From: Candidatus Kuenenia stuttgartensis
Lineage (GTDB): Bacteria > Planctomycetota > UBA11346
Direction of reading: 5' to 3'
Assembly: GCA_945872305.1 (NCBI GenBank)
Contig: CAMCAC010000025.1
Location: 1-20,976, forward strand
Length of the DNA: 20,976 nt
Positions 8,791-16,208 of this stretch are shown piece by piece (the first letter of the stretch is position 1; each line of letters begins with the position of its first letter). Made by a program: the position numbers and the translations under genes. The notes under the pieces were generated by a model that was not told the DNA's origin, made no database searches, and was given only the letters and a program-made list of their open reading frames with translations.

Positions 8791-8885
8791 TCCGGACGCA
8801 CCAGCCCCCGGAAACTGACGATCAAACAGGTATAAGGATATCCGGGCGTTGTTATCCATTATGTTCCGGGCACTGTGGCGGAGCC
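8791..8885. promoter_or_regulatory. Divergent promoter/operator region between the MFP operon (minus) and the NMO-family gene (plus). It is a local low-GC island with a palindromic element.
   Basis: The only AT-rich stretch in this part of the window is ctgacgatcaaacaggtataaggatatccgggcgttgttatccattatgttccggg. It contains the palindrome GGATATCC (8836-8843), GGATA (8836-8840) inverted to TATCC (8853-8857), and a repeated tccggg (8841-8846, 8865-8870). It also carries a TATAAG -10-like hexamer. Confidence 0.35.
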
Positions 8886-10310
8886 ATGCCTGACCCCGCC
8901 CGCCGCCCGCTCCCCCGCATCATCCAAGGAGGCATGGGTGCCGCCGTCTCCACGTGGCGCCTGGCCCGGGCGGTCTCCGCCCAGGGCGGCCTGGGCGTGG
9001 TGAGTGGCACCGCCATCGAGCGGGTGCTGGCCTGCCGGCTCCAGGAAGGTGATCCGGGCGGGATCATGCGTGCCGCCATCGCCCGCTTCCCGGACCAGAC
9101 CATGGCCCGGTCCGTGGTCGGCCGCTGGTACCGCCCCGACGGCCTGCCGGCGCCGGGTGTGTATGCCCCGGTCCCCATGTTTTCGGAACGCTCACCGGCG
9201 GACCTCATCCATCTCGCCGTCGTCGCGGCCTTCGTCGAGATCACCCTGGCCCGCCAGGACGATGCAGGGGTTCCCCATGGCGGTCAGGTGGGCATCAACC
9301 TGCTGGAAAAGATCCAGCCGCCGACCCTGCCGCTCCTGCATGGAGCCATGCTCGCCGGAGTGGACTGGGTGCTCATGGGCGCGGGAATCCCGCGCGAGAT
9401 CCCAGGCCACCTGGACCGCCTCGCCAGGGGCGAACCCACCGCCCTGAAACTGGCGGTGGCGGACGGTCCGGCCATCGAACTGCCCTACGATCCAGCCATC
9501 GTCCAGCCGCTGGCACCGCTCGCCCGTCCGGGCTTCCTGGCGGTGGTGGCCAGCGATGTCATGGCGGCTTCCCTGGCCCGCTCCGGCGGGGTGGATGGCT
9601 TCGTCGTCGAAGGCCCCACCGCCGGCGGCCACAACGCCCCCCCACGGGGCGCCGGTCGGACCCCCGTCGCCAGGCCGGTGTACGGCGAGCGCGACCGGGC
9701 CGATCTCGCCCGCATGCGCAGCTTCGGCGTGCCGTTCTGGCTGGCCGGCGGGCAGGCTGGACCGGGCGCCCTGGCGGCTGCCCTGGAGGCCGGGGCCGCG
9801 GGTGTGCAGATCGGCACCGCCTTCGCCTTCTGCCGTGAATCCGGACTCGATGGGGCCGTGCGCCGCCGGATCCTCGATGGTGTGCGGGCCGGCACGGTCC
9901 AGGTGATCACCGATGGGCGCGCCTCGCCGACCGGATTCCCGTTCAAGACCATGGACATACCCGGCAGCGAAGGCGGCCGGCCGGCCGACGCCCGGGAGCG
10001 TGGGGCCTGCATGATGGGATACCTGCGCAGCCCCTACCGGCGGGCGGATGGCGGCCTGGGCTGGCGGTGTCCCGCGGAGCCTGAAACCCAATGGTCGGCA
10101 AAGGGCGGAGACAGCGCCGAGTGCGCCGACCGCCGTTGCCTGTGCCAGGGACTGATGTCCGCAGCGGGCCATCCGCACGTCGGCGAAGAGGGCCTGGAGT
10201 GGCCCCTGATCACCGCTGGCGACGATCTGGAGCCGGTGCGCCGCTGCCTGGACGGACGCGAGGACTACAGTGCCGCCGACGTGATGACCCAGGTGGCCGT
10301 CGCACCCTGA
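8886..10310 (+). CDS. FMN-dependent nitronate monooxygenase / 2-nitropropane dioxygenase (FabK-like enoyl reductase) family oxidoreductase with a Cys-containing C-terminal extension
   Basis: Start chosen at the MPDPARRPLPRIIQGGMGAAVSTWRLARAVSAQGGLGVVSG match to the NMO family N-terminal motif (PIIQgGMa.vs...LAaAVS.AGGLG). The ORF is open upstream to 8715, but that extension lacks homology and overlaps the divergent gene. The ~475-aa product is longer than typical ~330-360-aa NMOs. The tail from ~residue 380 has Cys pairs (GACMMGY...WRCPAEP...AECADRRCLCQG). Confidence 0.65.
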   Translation: MPDPARRPLPRIIQGGMGAAVSTWRLARAVSAQGGLGVVSGTAIERVLACRLQEGDPGGIMRAAIARFPDQTMARSVVGRWYRPDGLPAPGVYAPVPMFSERSPADLIHLAVVAAFVEITLARQDDAGVPHGGQVGINLLEKIQPPTLPLLHGAMLAGVDWVLMGAGIPREIPGHLDRLARGEPTALKLAVADGPAIELPYDPAIVQPLAPLARPGFLAVVASDVMAASLARSGGVDGFVVEGPTAGGHNAPPRGAGRTPVARPVYGERDRADLARMRSFGVPFWLAGGQAGPGALAAALEAGAAGVQIGTAFAFCRESGLDGAVRRRILDGVRAGTVQVITDGRASPTGFPFKTMDIPGSEGGRPADARERGACMMGYLRSPYRRADGGLGWRCPAEPETQWSAKGGDSAECADRRCLCQGLMSAAGHPHVGEEGLEWPLITAGDDLEPVRRCLDGREDYSAADVMTQVAVAP

Positions 10311-10448
10311 CGGCAGGCGGATCCACCCACCGTCGTGCTGCCGGCCCGCCCTGCGGATCCGGGGTGCGGCTGGTTCCGCAGGAAGGCGGGTCGCGCGGTC
10401 ACCCAGCGCGATCCGGGTGATCCGTCGCGTGGGCCCAGCTCACCGCAG

Positions 10449-10473
10449 CGACACGGCCCGCAGAGCCGTGTCG
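10449..10473. terminator. GC-rich hairpin between convergent genes (candidate bidirectional intrinsic terminator, no U-tract)
   Basis: cgacacggc (10449-10457) / loop ccgcaga / gccgtgtcg (10465-10473) forms a perfect 9-bp stem. It lies 139 nt after the NMO-family stop (10310) and 27 nt before the stop (10500) of the minus-strand secreted-protein gene. Confidence 0.3.
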
Positions 10474-10499
10474 GCAGCGTGGGCGGCACGAGCCGCCGC

Positions 10500-13400
10500 T
10501 CACTTCCCTGCGGCGAGCAGTTTCCGCATGAAGGTCAGTTCCTCGCGGAAGGCCGCATCGTCCGGGAACGCCTTGACCGCCCGTTCGGCGGCCGTCAGAG
10601 CCCGCTCGTTCGCCCCGACCAGGACGGCCCGCCAGGCGATGAGGAACCACTTCGGCTTGTAGTTCAGCTCCGCCTGCCACACGTCGAGCACGGTGGTGAA
10701 CCATGCGGCCGAGGCCTGGGGGGCGCGGGCGCCGAGGGTGTCCGCGGTCATGTCGCGCAGACGCTTGTCGTTGAGGTCCTTCACCCGGCGCAGGCAGGCC
10801 TGGAGCAGCGCCTTGTCCTCGGTCAGCAGGGCGAGATCGAGGCGGCTCATGTGACGCTGGATCTCGATGCTGGAATCGGTCAGGCCCAGGGCATCGGCCC
10901 GGGTGAAGGCCTCCTCGACCCTGGCGGCGGCGGCGCGCACCTTGCCCAGATCCGCGGTGCCGGCCTTGATCGCGTCGTCGTTGTAGGCGCGCAGCTGCTG
11001 GCCGAACCAGTAGGGGACCGACAGGCGGATCCACGACAGGTCGCGGGCCTGTTGCGCCTCGCCGGGCTGGCGGCGGGAATGGTCGACCTTGCCCGCGGCG
11101 GGCCAGGGGGCCGCGGCGACCGCGGTGGCGACCGCCTCCTCGCCACCCATGGAGCGGGCGAGATGCCGGGCCAGGGCGGCGTAGCGGAAATGGATGTCGC
11201 CCGGGTCTTCGACATCGCTGAAGGCGATCTTGTCGATCCAGGTGGCGGCCCGTTCCTCGGCGGCGCGCACCCCGGCGTCCGAGCGTTCGTGCTCCGGCGC
11301 CTTCTCGACCAGATCCAGGGACAGATCGGCATAGCGGGCGAGCATCTGGCGGAGCAGCATCAGGCCGCCGGTGTCGTTCACCCAGCGCTCGCGGAAGCGG
11401 GCGTTGCCGAGCATGGCCACGACCTTGCCCATCTGCTCATCCAGCGGTGCCGCGGTCTGCTCCAGGATCGCCGCCGCCGAGGCGGACAGGCCGAGCTGGG
11501 ACGCCTGGCCGGCAAGATCGAAACCGTACTCGACCATGCCCTGGCCCATCGCCGCGGCGAGTTCCGGATCCTGGAGGCGGGCGATCTCCTCGCCGATCAG
11601 GGTGCGCGCGCGGGCGTCGTCCTTGGCCTCGCGCAGAAGCCCGATCAGTTCAACGCGGCGCAGGGCCAGGGATTGCGCATCGTCGATCCCGGTCATCGCC
11701 TTTTCGAAATATTCCACGGCCTTGCCGTATTGGCCGGTGAAATGGTACAGGCCGCTCAGCTCCGTGATGTTGGCGGGATCGAGATCGCCGCCGTCGACCA
11801 GCTTCTGCATCTTGGCGATGCCGCGGGCATAGGTCTGGTACTGCCAGTCGCGTTGCACATCGATCATGATCCGGGCGTATTCGGGCTCGGCGAAGATCCG
11901 CCAGCCGAGCCGCCAGGCCCCGCGGGTGTTCTCGCCGGAGAAGCGCAGGAGCAGGCCCAGCCCGTTGGGGTCGAACGGCGCGTTGGGATTGAAGTGGGTG
12001 AAGGCGGCGCGCAGGGCCTCGGGCAGGGTCTCGCGCACGAAGTGCAGGGTCGGACCGGTCTGCATCACGGTCACCGACCAGCCCTCGGCGGCCTTGGTGG
12101 CGGTCGCGAAGGCGGTGTGGCTGGGCAGGGTGAGCAGGTGGCCGAGCCGGCCCTGCCGCTCGGCCACGGTCTGGTACAGTTCCCCGAGGTCGTCGCAGTC
12201 GCCGCGGCAGGCGCCGAGGGTGTTGCTGGTCAGGATCTGCTCGGTGGTCTGGTGGATGTCGCTCTTGACCGTCTTGTTGCCGGCCAGGAGCGGGAAGCGC
12301 GGATCCGGGCTGTCGTAGGTGTAGCGGAAGAAATATTGGCCGAGCAGGTCCAGCCGACCCAGGCTGTCGAGGATGCGCGCGCTGTCGGCGAGGAACCGCC
12401 CCGCCTCGGCGGAGGTCCCGTCGCGCATGGCGCGCAGGGTCCCGGTCTCGACCGCCAGGAAGAGGGGATCGCCGGCGGGGCTGGCGACCAGGATGTGCGG
12501 CGGGTACAGGTCCGGCAGATCGGTGTCGTCGGGACGGGGTACCGCCTTGCGCCAGGTCTTGGCGTCGACCGTCAGCCCCTTGTCCCGGGTCCACGAGGCC
12601 AGGCGTGTGCCGCTGCGATCGAAGACCCGGGCGGCCACCGCCTTGGCGGCGTCGCGGTCGGGGTCCGATCCGGCGGGCAGATCCACGGTCAGGACCAGAT
12701 TGAGCGGGGAATTGTAGAAAGGCTCCGGATGGGCGATCCGGTAGGCGGTGCGGGAGGGGGCGTTCAGCACCCATACCCCGCCGCCGAAGGCGTCACGACG
12801 GTCCTCGATGGTGATCTTGCCGTCTGCGCTCGCGTGGCCCGACGCGGGGCCGCGGCGCATCGCCGCGGCCACCGCCGCTTCGACCGCTGCGGTCTCGGCC
12901 CCGGCCTGGGGCAGGGTGGCAAGCCAGCCGCCGCGGACGAGGCGGCGGGCCGCCGCCGGGGTGTATTCGTCCAACGGCCTGGCCCGGTCCTTTTCCGGCA
13001 GCAGGTCGAGGGTGGCGACGATCGCGTCCCGGGTCCGCCGTTCGATGGTTCCCGCCGCCACATCCTTGTCGATACGCGCGGTGAGCGCGGCCACCGCCTT
13101 GGCCACCGCGGCGAGGTCCTTGCCGCGGTCGGTTTCGGCATTGGGCATGGCCCGGAGCAGGCCCTCCTCGATGGCGAGCCATTCCTTGCTCGCCAGGGTC
13201 AGCCCGGCCAGGGGGGACATCTGCAGGGCGGCGGTGCCGCTCGCCTTGCCGGCCTCGGCCTGGGCGACCAGCCGGGCCAGGGCCTTTGCGGCGGCGGCGT
13301 CCTGGGCCAGGGCCTTGTTCACCGTCACCGGGCCGACCGGGGTCGCCACGGTCAGGTGCTCCCCGGGCACCCAGGGATAGCCGCCCCAGGTCCAACCGCT

Positions 13401-13541
13401 CTCGGATGTGACCAGGGCCTGGGCCAGGGCGGCGGGCGGCTTGACCGGGGTCGCACCCTGGTCGGCGGTGGACGGCTCGGCACCGGGCAGGGCGCAGGCG
13501 ATGGCGAGCAGGGCGGGGACGAGACGGTGCATGGTGGGCAT
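10500..13541 (-). CDS. Large secreted hypothetical protein (~1013 aa) with a signal peptide, a central region containing a possible transglutaminase-like Cys/His core, and a TPR-like helical C-terminal region
   Basis: The ORF is open to 13739, but MPTMHRLVPALLAIACALPGAEP at 13541 is a classical signal peptide. Amino-acid composition is diverse (K, F, Y, W present), unlike the Gly/Arg-rich antisense frame. The central segment GACRGDCDDLGELYQTVAERQGRLGHLLTLPSHTAF loosely fits the transglutaminase-like core. The C-terminal 450 aa are alpha-helical repeat-like. Confidence 0.55.
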   Translation of the reverse strand: MPTMHRLVPALLAIACALPGAEPSTADQGATPVKPPAALAQALVTSESGWTWGGYPWVPGEHLTVATPVGPVTVNKALAQDAAAAKALARLVAQAEAGKASGTAALQMSPLAGLTLASKEWLAIEEGLLRAMPNAETDRGKDLAAVAKAVAALTARIDKDVAAGTIERRTRDAIVATLDLLPEKDRARPLDEYTPAAARRLVRGGWLATLPQAGAETAAVEAAVAAAMRRGPASGHASADGKITIEDRRDAFGGGVWVLNAPSRTAYRIAHPEPFYNSPLNLVLTVDLPAGSDPDRDAAKAVAARVFDRSGTRLASWTRDKGLTVDAKTWRKAVPRPDDTDLPDLYPPHILVASPAGDPLFLAVETGTLRAMRDGTSAEAGRFLADSARILDSLGRLDLLGQYFFRYTYDSPDPRFPLLAGNKTVKSDIHQTTEQILTSNTLGACRGDCDDLGELYQTVAERQGRLGHLLTLPSHTAFATATKAAEGWSVTVMQTGPTLHFVRETLPEALRAAFTHFNPNAPFDPNGLGLLLRFSGENTRGAWRLGWRIFAEPEYARIMIDVQRDWQYQTYARGIAKMQKLVDGGDLDPANITELSGLYHFTGQYGKAVEYFEKAMTGIDDAQSLALRRVELIGLLREAKDDARARTLIGEEIARLQDPELAAAMGQGMVEYGFDLAGQASQLGLSASAAAILEQTAAPLDEQMGKVVAMLGNARFRERWVNDTGGLMLLRQMLARYADLSLDLVEKAPEHERSDAGVRAAEERAATWIDKIAFSDVEDPGDIHFRYAALARHLARSMGGEEAVATAVAAAPWPAAGKVDHSRRQPGEAQQARDLSWIRLSVPYWFGQQLRAYNDDAIKAGTADLGKVRAAAARVEEAFTRADALGLTDSSIEIQRHMSRLDLALLTEDKALLQACLRRVKDLNDKRLRDMTADTLGARAPQASAAWFTTVLDVWQAELNYKPKWFLIAWRAVLVGANERALTAAERAVKAFPDDAAFREELTFMRKLLAAGK

Positions 13542-13671
13542 AGTGTCGACCTGGGCGCGGCGTCGATAGCCCATCCCTGCACGCCTGCGTGTGGTCCGGC
13601 AGACAGTTCCCCGCGGCCGCTGCGTCGCGGTGCCGGCTGGACGCCGCCCGGTGGGCAGGAGGATCCCGCCC
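13542..13671. promoter_or_regulatory. Divergent intergenic region (secreted-protein gene on minus, nadE on plus) containing the nadE ribosome-binding site
   Basis: AGGAGG at 13656-13661 lies 10 nt upstream of the nadE ATG (13672). This is the presumed location of divergent promoters. Confidence 0.5.
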
Positions 13672-15264
13672 ATGCGCATCGTCGTCGGCCACGCGGATCT
13701 GCGGCTCGGGGACCTGGAGGGGGCCCTGGCGGCCATCACGGTCCAGGTCGGTGCGGCGGTCGCCGCCGGGGCCGAGCTCCTGCTGCTTCCGGAATTGGCG
13801 GCCTTCGGCGGCTATCCGCCCCGGGACCTCCTCGACCGTCCGTGGTTGGTGGAACGCCAGTGGGCGGGCCTGCGCGCCGCCAGCGCCGCCTGGCCGTTGC
13901 CGGTGGCGGTGGGCGCGGTGGAGCCCCTGCCCGGTCCCGGTCCCGCCCTGGCCAATGTGCTGGCGGTGTTCGACGGCGGCCGGCTGCTCGGCCTGCACCG
14001 CAAATGCCGGCTCCCGTCCAACGATGTCTTCGACGAGCCGCGCCACTTCCGTCCCGGGGACGGCGGTACCGTGGTCGAGGTCCGCGGCCGGCGGGTCGGC
14101 CTGAGCGTGTGCGAGGACATCTGGCCGCCGGAGACGACCGGCCGGGCCTATCCGGTGGATCCCCTCGCGGACCTCGCCGGGCGCTGCGAGATCGTCCTCA
14201 ACGCCTCCGCCAGCCCCTACCACCTGGGCAAGGGCGTCGCCCGCCGCGCGGTGGTCGCCGCCGCCGCCCGCCGGGCCGGGGTGCCGGTGGTGTGGTGCAA
14301 TCTGCTCGGCGCCCACGACGAACTCCTGTTCGACGGCGGCGCCATCCGCGCCGAGCCCGACGGCCGCATCACGGAGTCGCCGCGCTGGTGCGAGGGCGTC
14401 AACACCGTGGACCGCATCCCCGAGGAACCGGCGGCGGAACCCGACCTGTGGACCGCCCTGGTCGCTGGCATCCGCGGCTATTGCCGGCGCACCCGCCAGG
14501 AGCGGGTCGTGCTCGGCCTGAGCGGCGGCATCGACAGCGCCCTCGTGGCGGCCCTGGCGGTGGATGCCCTCGGCGCCGACCGGGTCACCGGCATCCTCAT
14601 GCCCGGTCCTTACTCCAGCCGGGGCAGCGTGGTCGATGCCATGGATCTGGCGGAACGGCTCGGCATCCGCACCCACCAGTGCATGATCACCCGGGCCTGG
14701 GAAGTGCTGCTCGGCGAGCTGGATCCCCTGTGCCCCCAGGGTCCCGCGGATCTCATGACGCAGAACCTCCAGAGCCGGCTGCGCGGCGCCCTGGTCATGG
14801 CGGCGGCGAACCAGCTCGGCGCCATGGCCCTGACCACCGGCAATAAGAGCGAGCTGGCCTGCGGCTACTGCACCATCTACGGCGACATGAACGGCGGCCT
14901 GGCGCCGATCGGCGACCTGTTCAAGACCGCGGTGTACCGACTGTCCCGTTGGGCCAACCGCAACGGCGAGCGCATCCCGGTCCCGACCATCGAGAAGCCG
15001 CCGTCCGCCGAACTGCGACCGGACCAGACCGACCAGGACAGCCTGCCGCCCTACGACCAGCTCGACCGCATCCTGGAGGCCTACATCGAGGCCGGCGAGG
15101 ACCCCGCCGCCATCGCCCGCCGCGAGGACCCCGCCGTCGTCGCCCAGGTCGTCCGCCTGGTCGAGATCAGCGAGTTCAAGCGCCGCCAGGCCGCACCGGT
15201 CCTGCGGGTCAGCCGCAAGGCCTTCGGCATGGGCCGCCGCATGCCGGTGGCGCGGGCGTTCTGA
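13672..15264 (+). CDS. nadE: Glutamine-dependent NAD+ synthetase (N-terminal CN-hydrolase/nitrilase domain plus C-terminal NAD synthase PP-loop domain)
   Basis: ATG at 13672 is preceded by AGGAGG (13656-13661). The nitrilase catalytic triad context is present (LLLPELA..., LHRKCRLP, GLSVCEDIW). The C-domain PP-loop reads VLGLSGGIDSALVAALAVDALG, with NadE motifs (TGNKSELACGYCTIYGDMNGGLAPIGDLFKT). The product is 530 aa. Confidence 0.9.
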   Translation: MRIVVGHADLRLGDLEGALAAITVQVGAAVAAGAELLLLPELAAFGGYPPRDLLDRPWLVERQWAGLRAASAAWPLPVAVGAVEPLPGPGPALANVLAVFDGGRLLGLHRKCRLPSNDVFDEPRHFRPGDGGTVVEVRGRRVGLSVCEDIWPPETTGRAYPVDPLADLAGRCEIVLNASASPYHLGKGVARRAVVAAAARRAGVPVVWCNLLGAHDELLFDGGAIRAEPDGRITESPRWCEGVNTVDRIPEEPAAEPDLWTALVAGIRGYCRRTRQERVVLGLSGGIDSALVAALAVDALGADRVTGILMPGPYSSRGSVVDAMDLAERLGIRTHQCMITRAWEVLLGELDPLCPQGPADLMTQNLQSRLRGALVMAAANQLGAMALTTGNKSELACGYCTIYGDMNGGLAPIGDLFKTAVYRLSRWANRNGERIPVPTIEKPPSAELRPDQTDQDSLPPYDQLDRILEAYIEAGEDPAAIARREDPAVVAQVVRLVEISEFKRRQAAPVLRVSRKAFGMGRRMPVARAF

Positions 15265-15331
15265 AGGGGGCGGTCCCGCCGTCCGGATTCGTGGACGCCG
15301 CCCTGGACAGGCGCGGACCGGCCCCGCCGGG

Positions 15332-15363
15332 CATGCATGGAAACCGTCTGGGATTCATGCATT
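15332..15363. promoter_or_regulatory. Paired CATGCAT palindromic motifs upstream of yqiJ (candidate operator/promoter element)
   Basis: CATGCATG (15332-15339) and CATGCAT (15356-15362) are spaced 24 bp apart in gcatgcatggaaaccgtctgggattcatgcatttt. This is locally AT-richer than the surroundings and lies ~75-105 bp upstream of the yqiJ ATG (15438). Confidence 0.3.
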
Positions 15364-15437
15364 TTCCGTGATCCGGCGGCACCGGGTCGGGGGCGTCTTG
15401 CGGCCGGGATGACCGACAGGACCATGGGACGACGGAC

Positions 15438-16208
15438 ATGGATCACCTCCTCACCGCCCTCAGCGCCTTCCCGACCGTGGTGTTCACCACCCTGCTTGCC
15501 GCAGCGGTGGTGTACTGGCTGCTGGTCATCCTCGGGGCGCTGGACCTGGACCTGTTCCACCTGGGCGATGCGGACGCCGGTGATCATGATCCGCACGCCG
15601 GCCACAACGGGTTCGCCATCCTGGAGTTCCTCCGGGTGGGGCAGGTGCCGATCACGGTGATCTCGAGCCTGTTCATCGTCTTCGCCTGGCTCGCCAGTTT
15701 CGCCGCCACGATGTTCCTTCGGCCGGTGGTGCCGGAGTGGTCGTGGTGGCTGTTCGGCGGGGCGACCCTGGTGGGGGCCATCGTGGTCGCCTACCTGGGC
15801 ACCGGCTTCGTCAGCGCGGGTCTTGCCCGGGTATTCTCCATCCGCGGGACGGTCACCGCCGCGAGCCTGGTCGGCCGGGTCGTGGAGGTCACCTCGTCCA
15901 CGGTGGACGCCCGGTATGGCACCGCCCGTCACGACCGGTTGACCGGTGAGGACATCCTCCTCAACGTGGTCTGCGATCCCGCCCACACCCTGAAGCGCGG
16001 CGACCAGGCGGTCATCATGGAATACGATGCCGGCAAGGGTGTGTACCTGATCGCGCCCCTGCCCCACACCCGGGAGGGCTTCGCCGTCGAGGCGGAGCCG
16101 CGCCCGGCCCTGCCGCCCCCGGCGGGCGCCGCCGAGCCCGTCGCCCCGCCCGTCGACACTCCCGCCCCGGCCGCCGCCCCCGGCCGCCGCGACACCCTCG
16201 CCCAATGA
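15438..16208 (+). CDS. yqiJ: YqiJ-like inner-membrane protein (DUF1449) with a C-terminal NfeD-like OB-fold
   Basis: 256 aa. It has N-terminal TM helices with an acidic/His-rich loop (LDLDLFHLGDADAGDHDPHAGH), further TM helices, and a C-terminal beta-rich domain (GRVVEVTSSTVDARYGTARHDRLTGEDILLNVVCDPAHTLKRGDQAVIMEYDAGKGVYLIA) that matches the layout of E. coli YqiJ. The stop overlaps the flotillin gene ATG (ATGA at 16205-16208). Confidence 0.75.
   Translation: MDHLLTALSAFPTVVFTTLLAAAVVYWLLVILGALDLDLFHLGDADAGDHDPHAGHNGFAILEFLRVGQVPITVISSLFIVFAWLASFAATMFLRPVVPEWSWWLFGGATLVGAIVVAYLGTGFVSAGLARVFSIRGTVTAASLVGRVVEVTSSTVDARYGTARHDRLTGEDILLNVVCDPAHTLKRGDQAVIMEYDAGKGVYLIAPLPHTREGFAVEAEPRPALPPPAGAAEPVAPPVDTPAPAAAPGRRDTLAQ

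Noticed and set aside
5628-8818. + strand ORFs 5628..7088 (486 aa) and 6899..8818 (639 aa) antisense to the permease, ATPase and MFP genes
   Set aside because: The minus strand carries unmistakable Walker A/B, ABC signature and FtsX motifs. The + frames are Gly/Arg/His/Asp-rich artefacts.
8791-8859. Longer MFP start at 8859 (MDNNARISLYLFDRQF...)
   Set aside because: The extra 23 residues are non-hydrophobic and lie in the AT-rich presumed promoter. The start at 8790 yields a proper lipoprotein signal peptide with an LVAGC lipobox.
8715-8885. N-terminal extension of the NMO-family ORF (start at 8715)
   Set aside because: The NMO family motif begins only ~10 residues after the Met at 8886. 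The extension has no homology, is Cys/Arg-rich, and would overlap the divergent MFP gene start and the AT-rich promoter region.
10311-10499. Possible small RNA or ORFs in the convergent intergenic gap (e.g. 10265..10489 minus, 74 aa)
   Set aside because: Only a single GC hairpin is evident. The 74-aa frame is Gly/Arg/Pro-rich and overlaps the NMO 3' end, so it is most likely non-coding terminator space.
12793-14676. 627-aa minus-strand ORF
   Set aside because: It overlaps the secreted-protein gene out of frame and is antisense to nadE. It has an Arg/Gly/Pro-dominated low-complexity translation.
10335-14846. 1503-aa + strand ORF, the longest in the track
   Set aside because: It is antisense to the signal-peptide-bearing 1013-aa gene, and its 3' third overlaps the well-supported nadE gene in a different reading frame. 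The translation is Gly/Arg/Pro-rich with poly-R/G runs. It is a classic high-GC artefact.
15331-15366. Possible sigma-54 (-24 GG / -12 GC) promoter upstream of yqiJ
   Set aside because: I tried aligning TGGgattcatGCA to TGGCACG-N4-TTGCA. The spacing and -12 element do not fit, so only the CATGCAT pair is reported, as a generic candidate operator.
15081-16205. 374-aa minus-strand ORF antisense to yqiJ and the nadE 3' end
   Set aside because: It overlaps two supported genes on the other strand and has low-complexity Gly/Arg/Asp composition.
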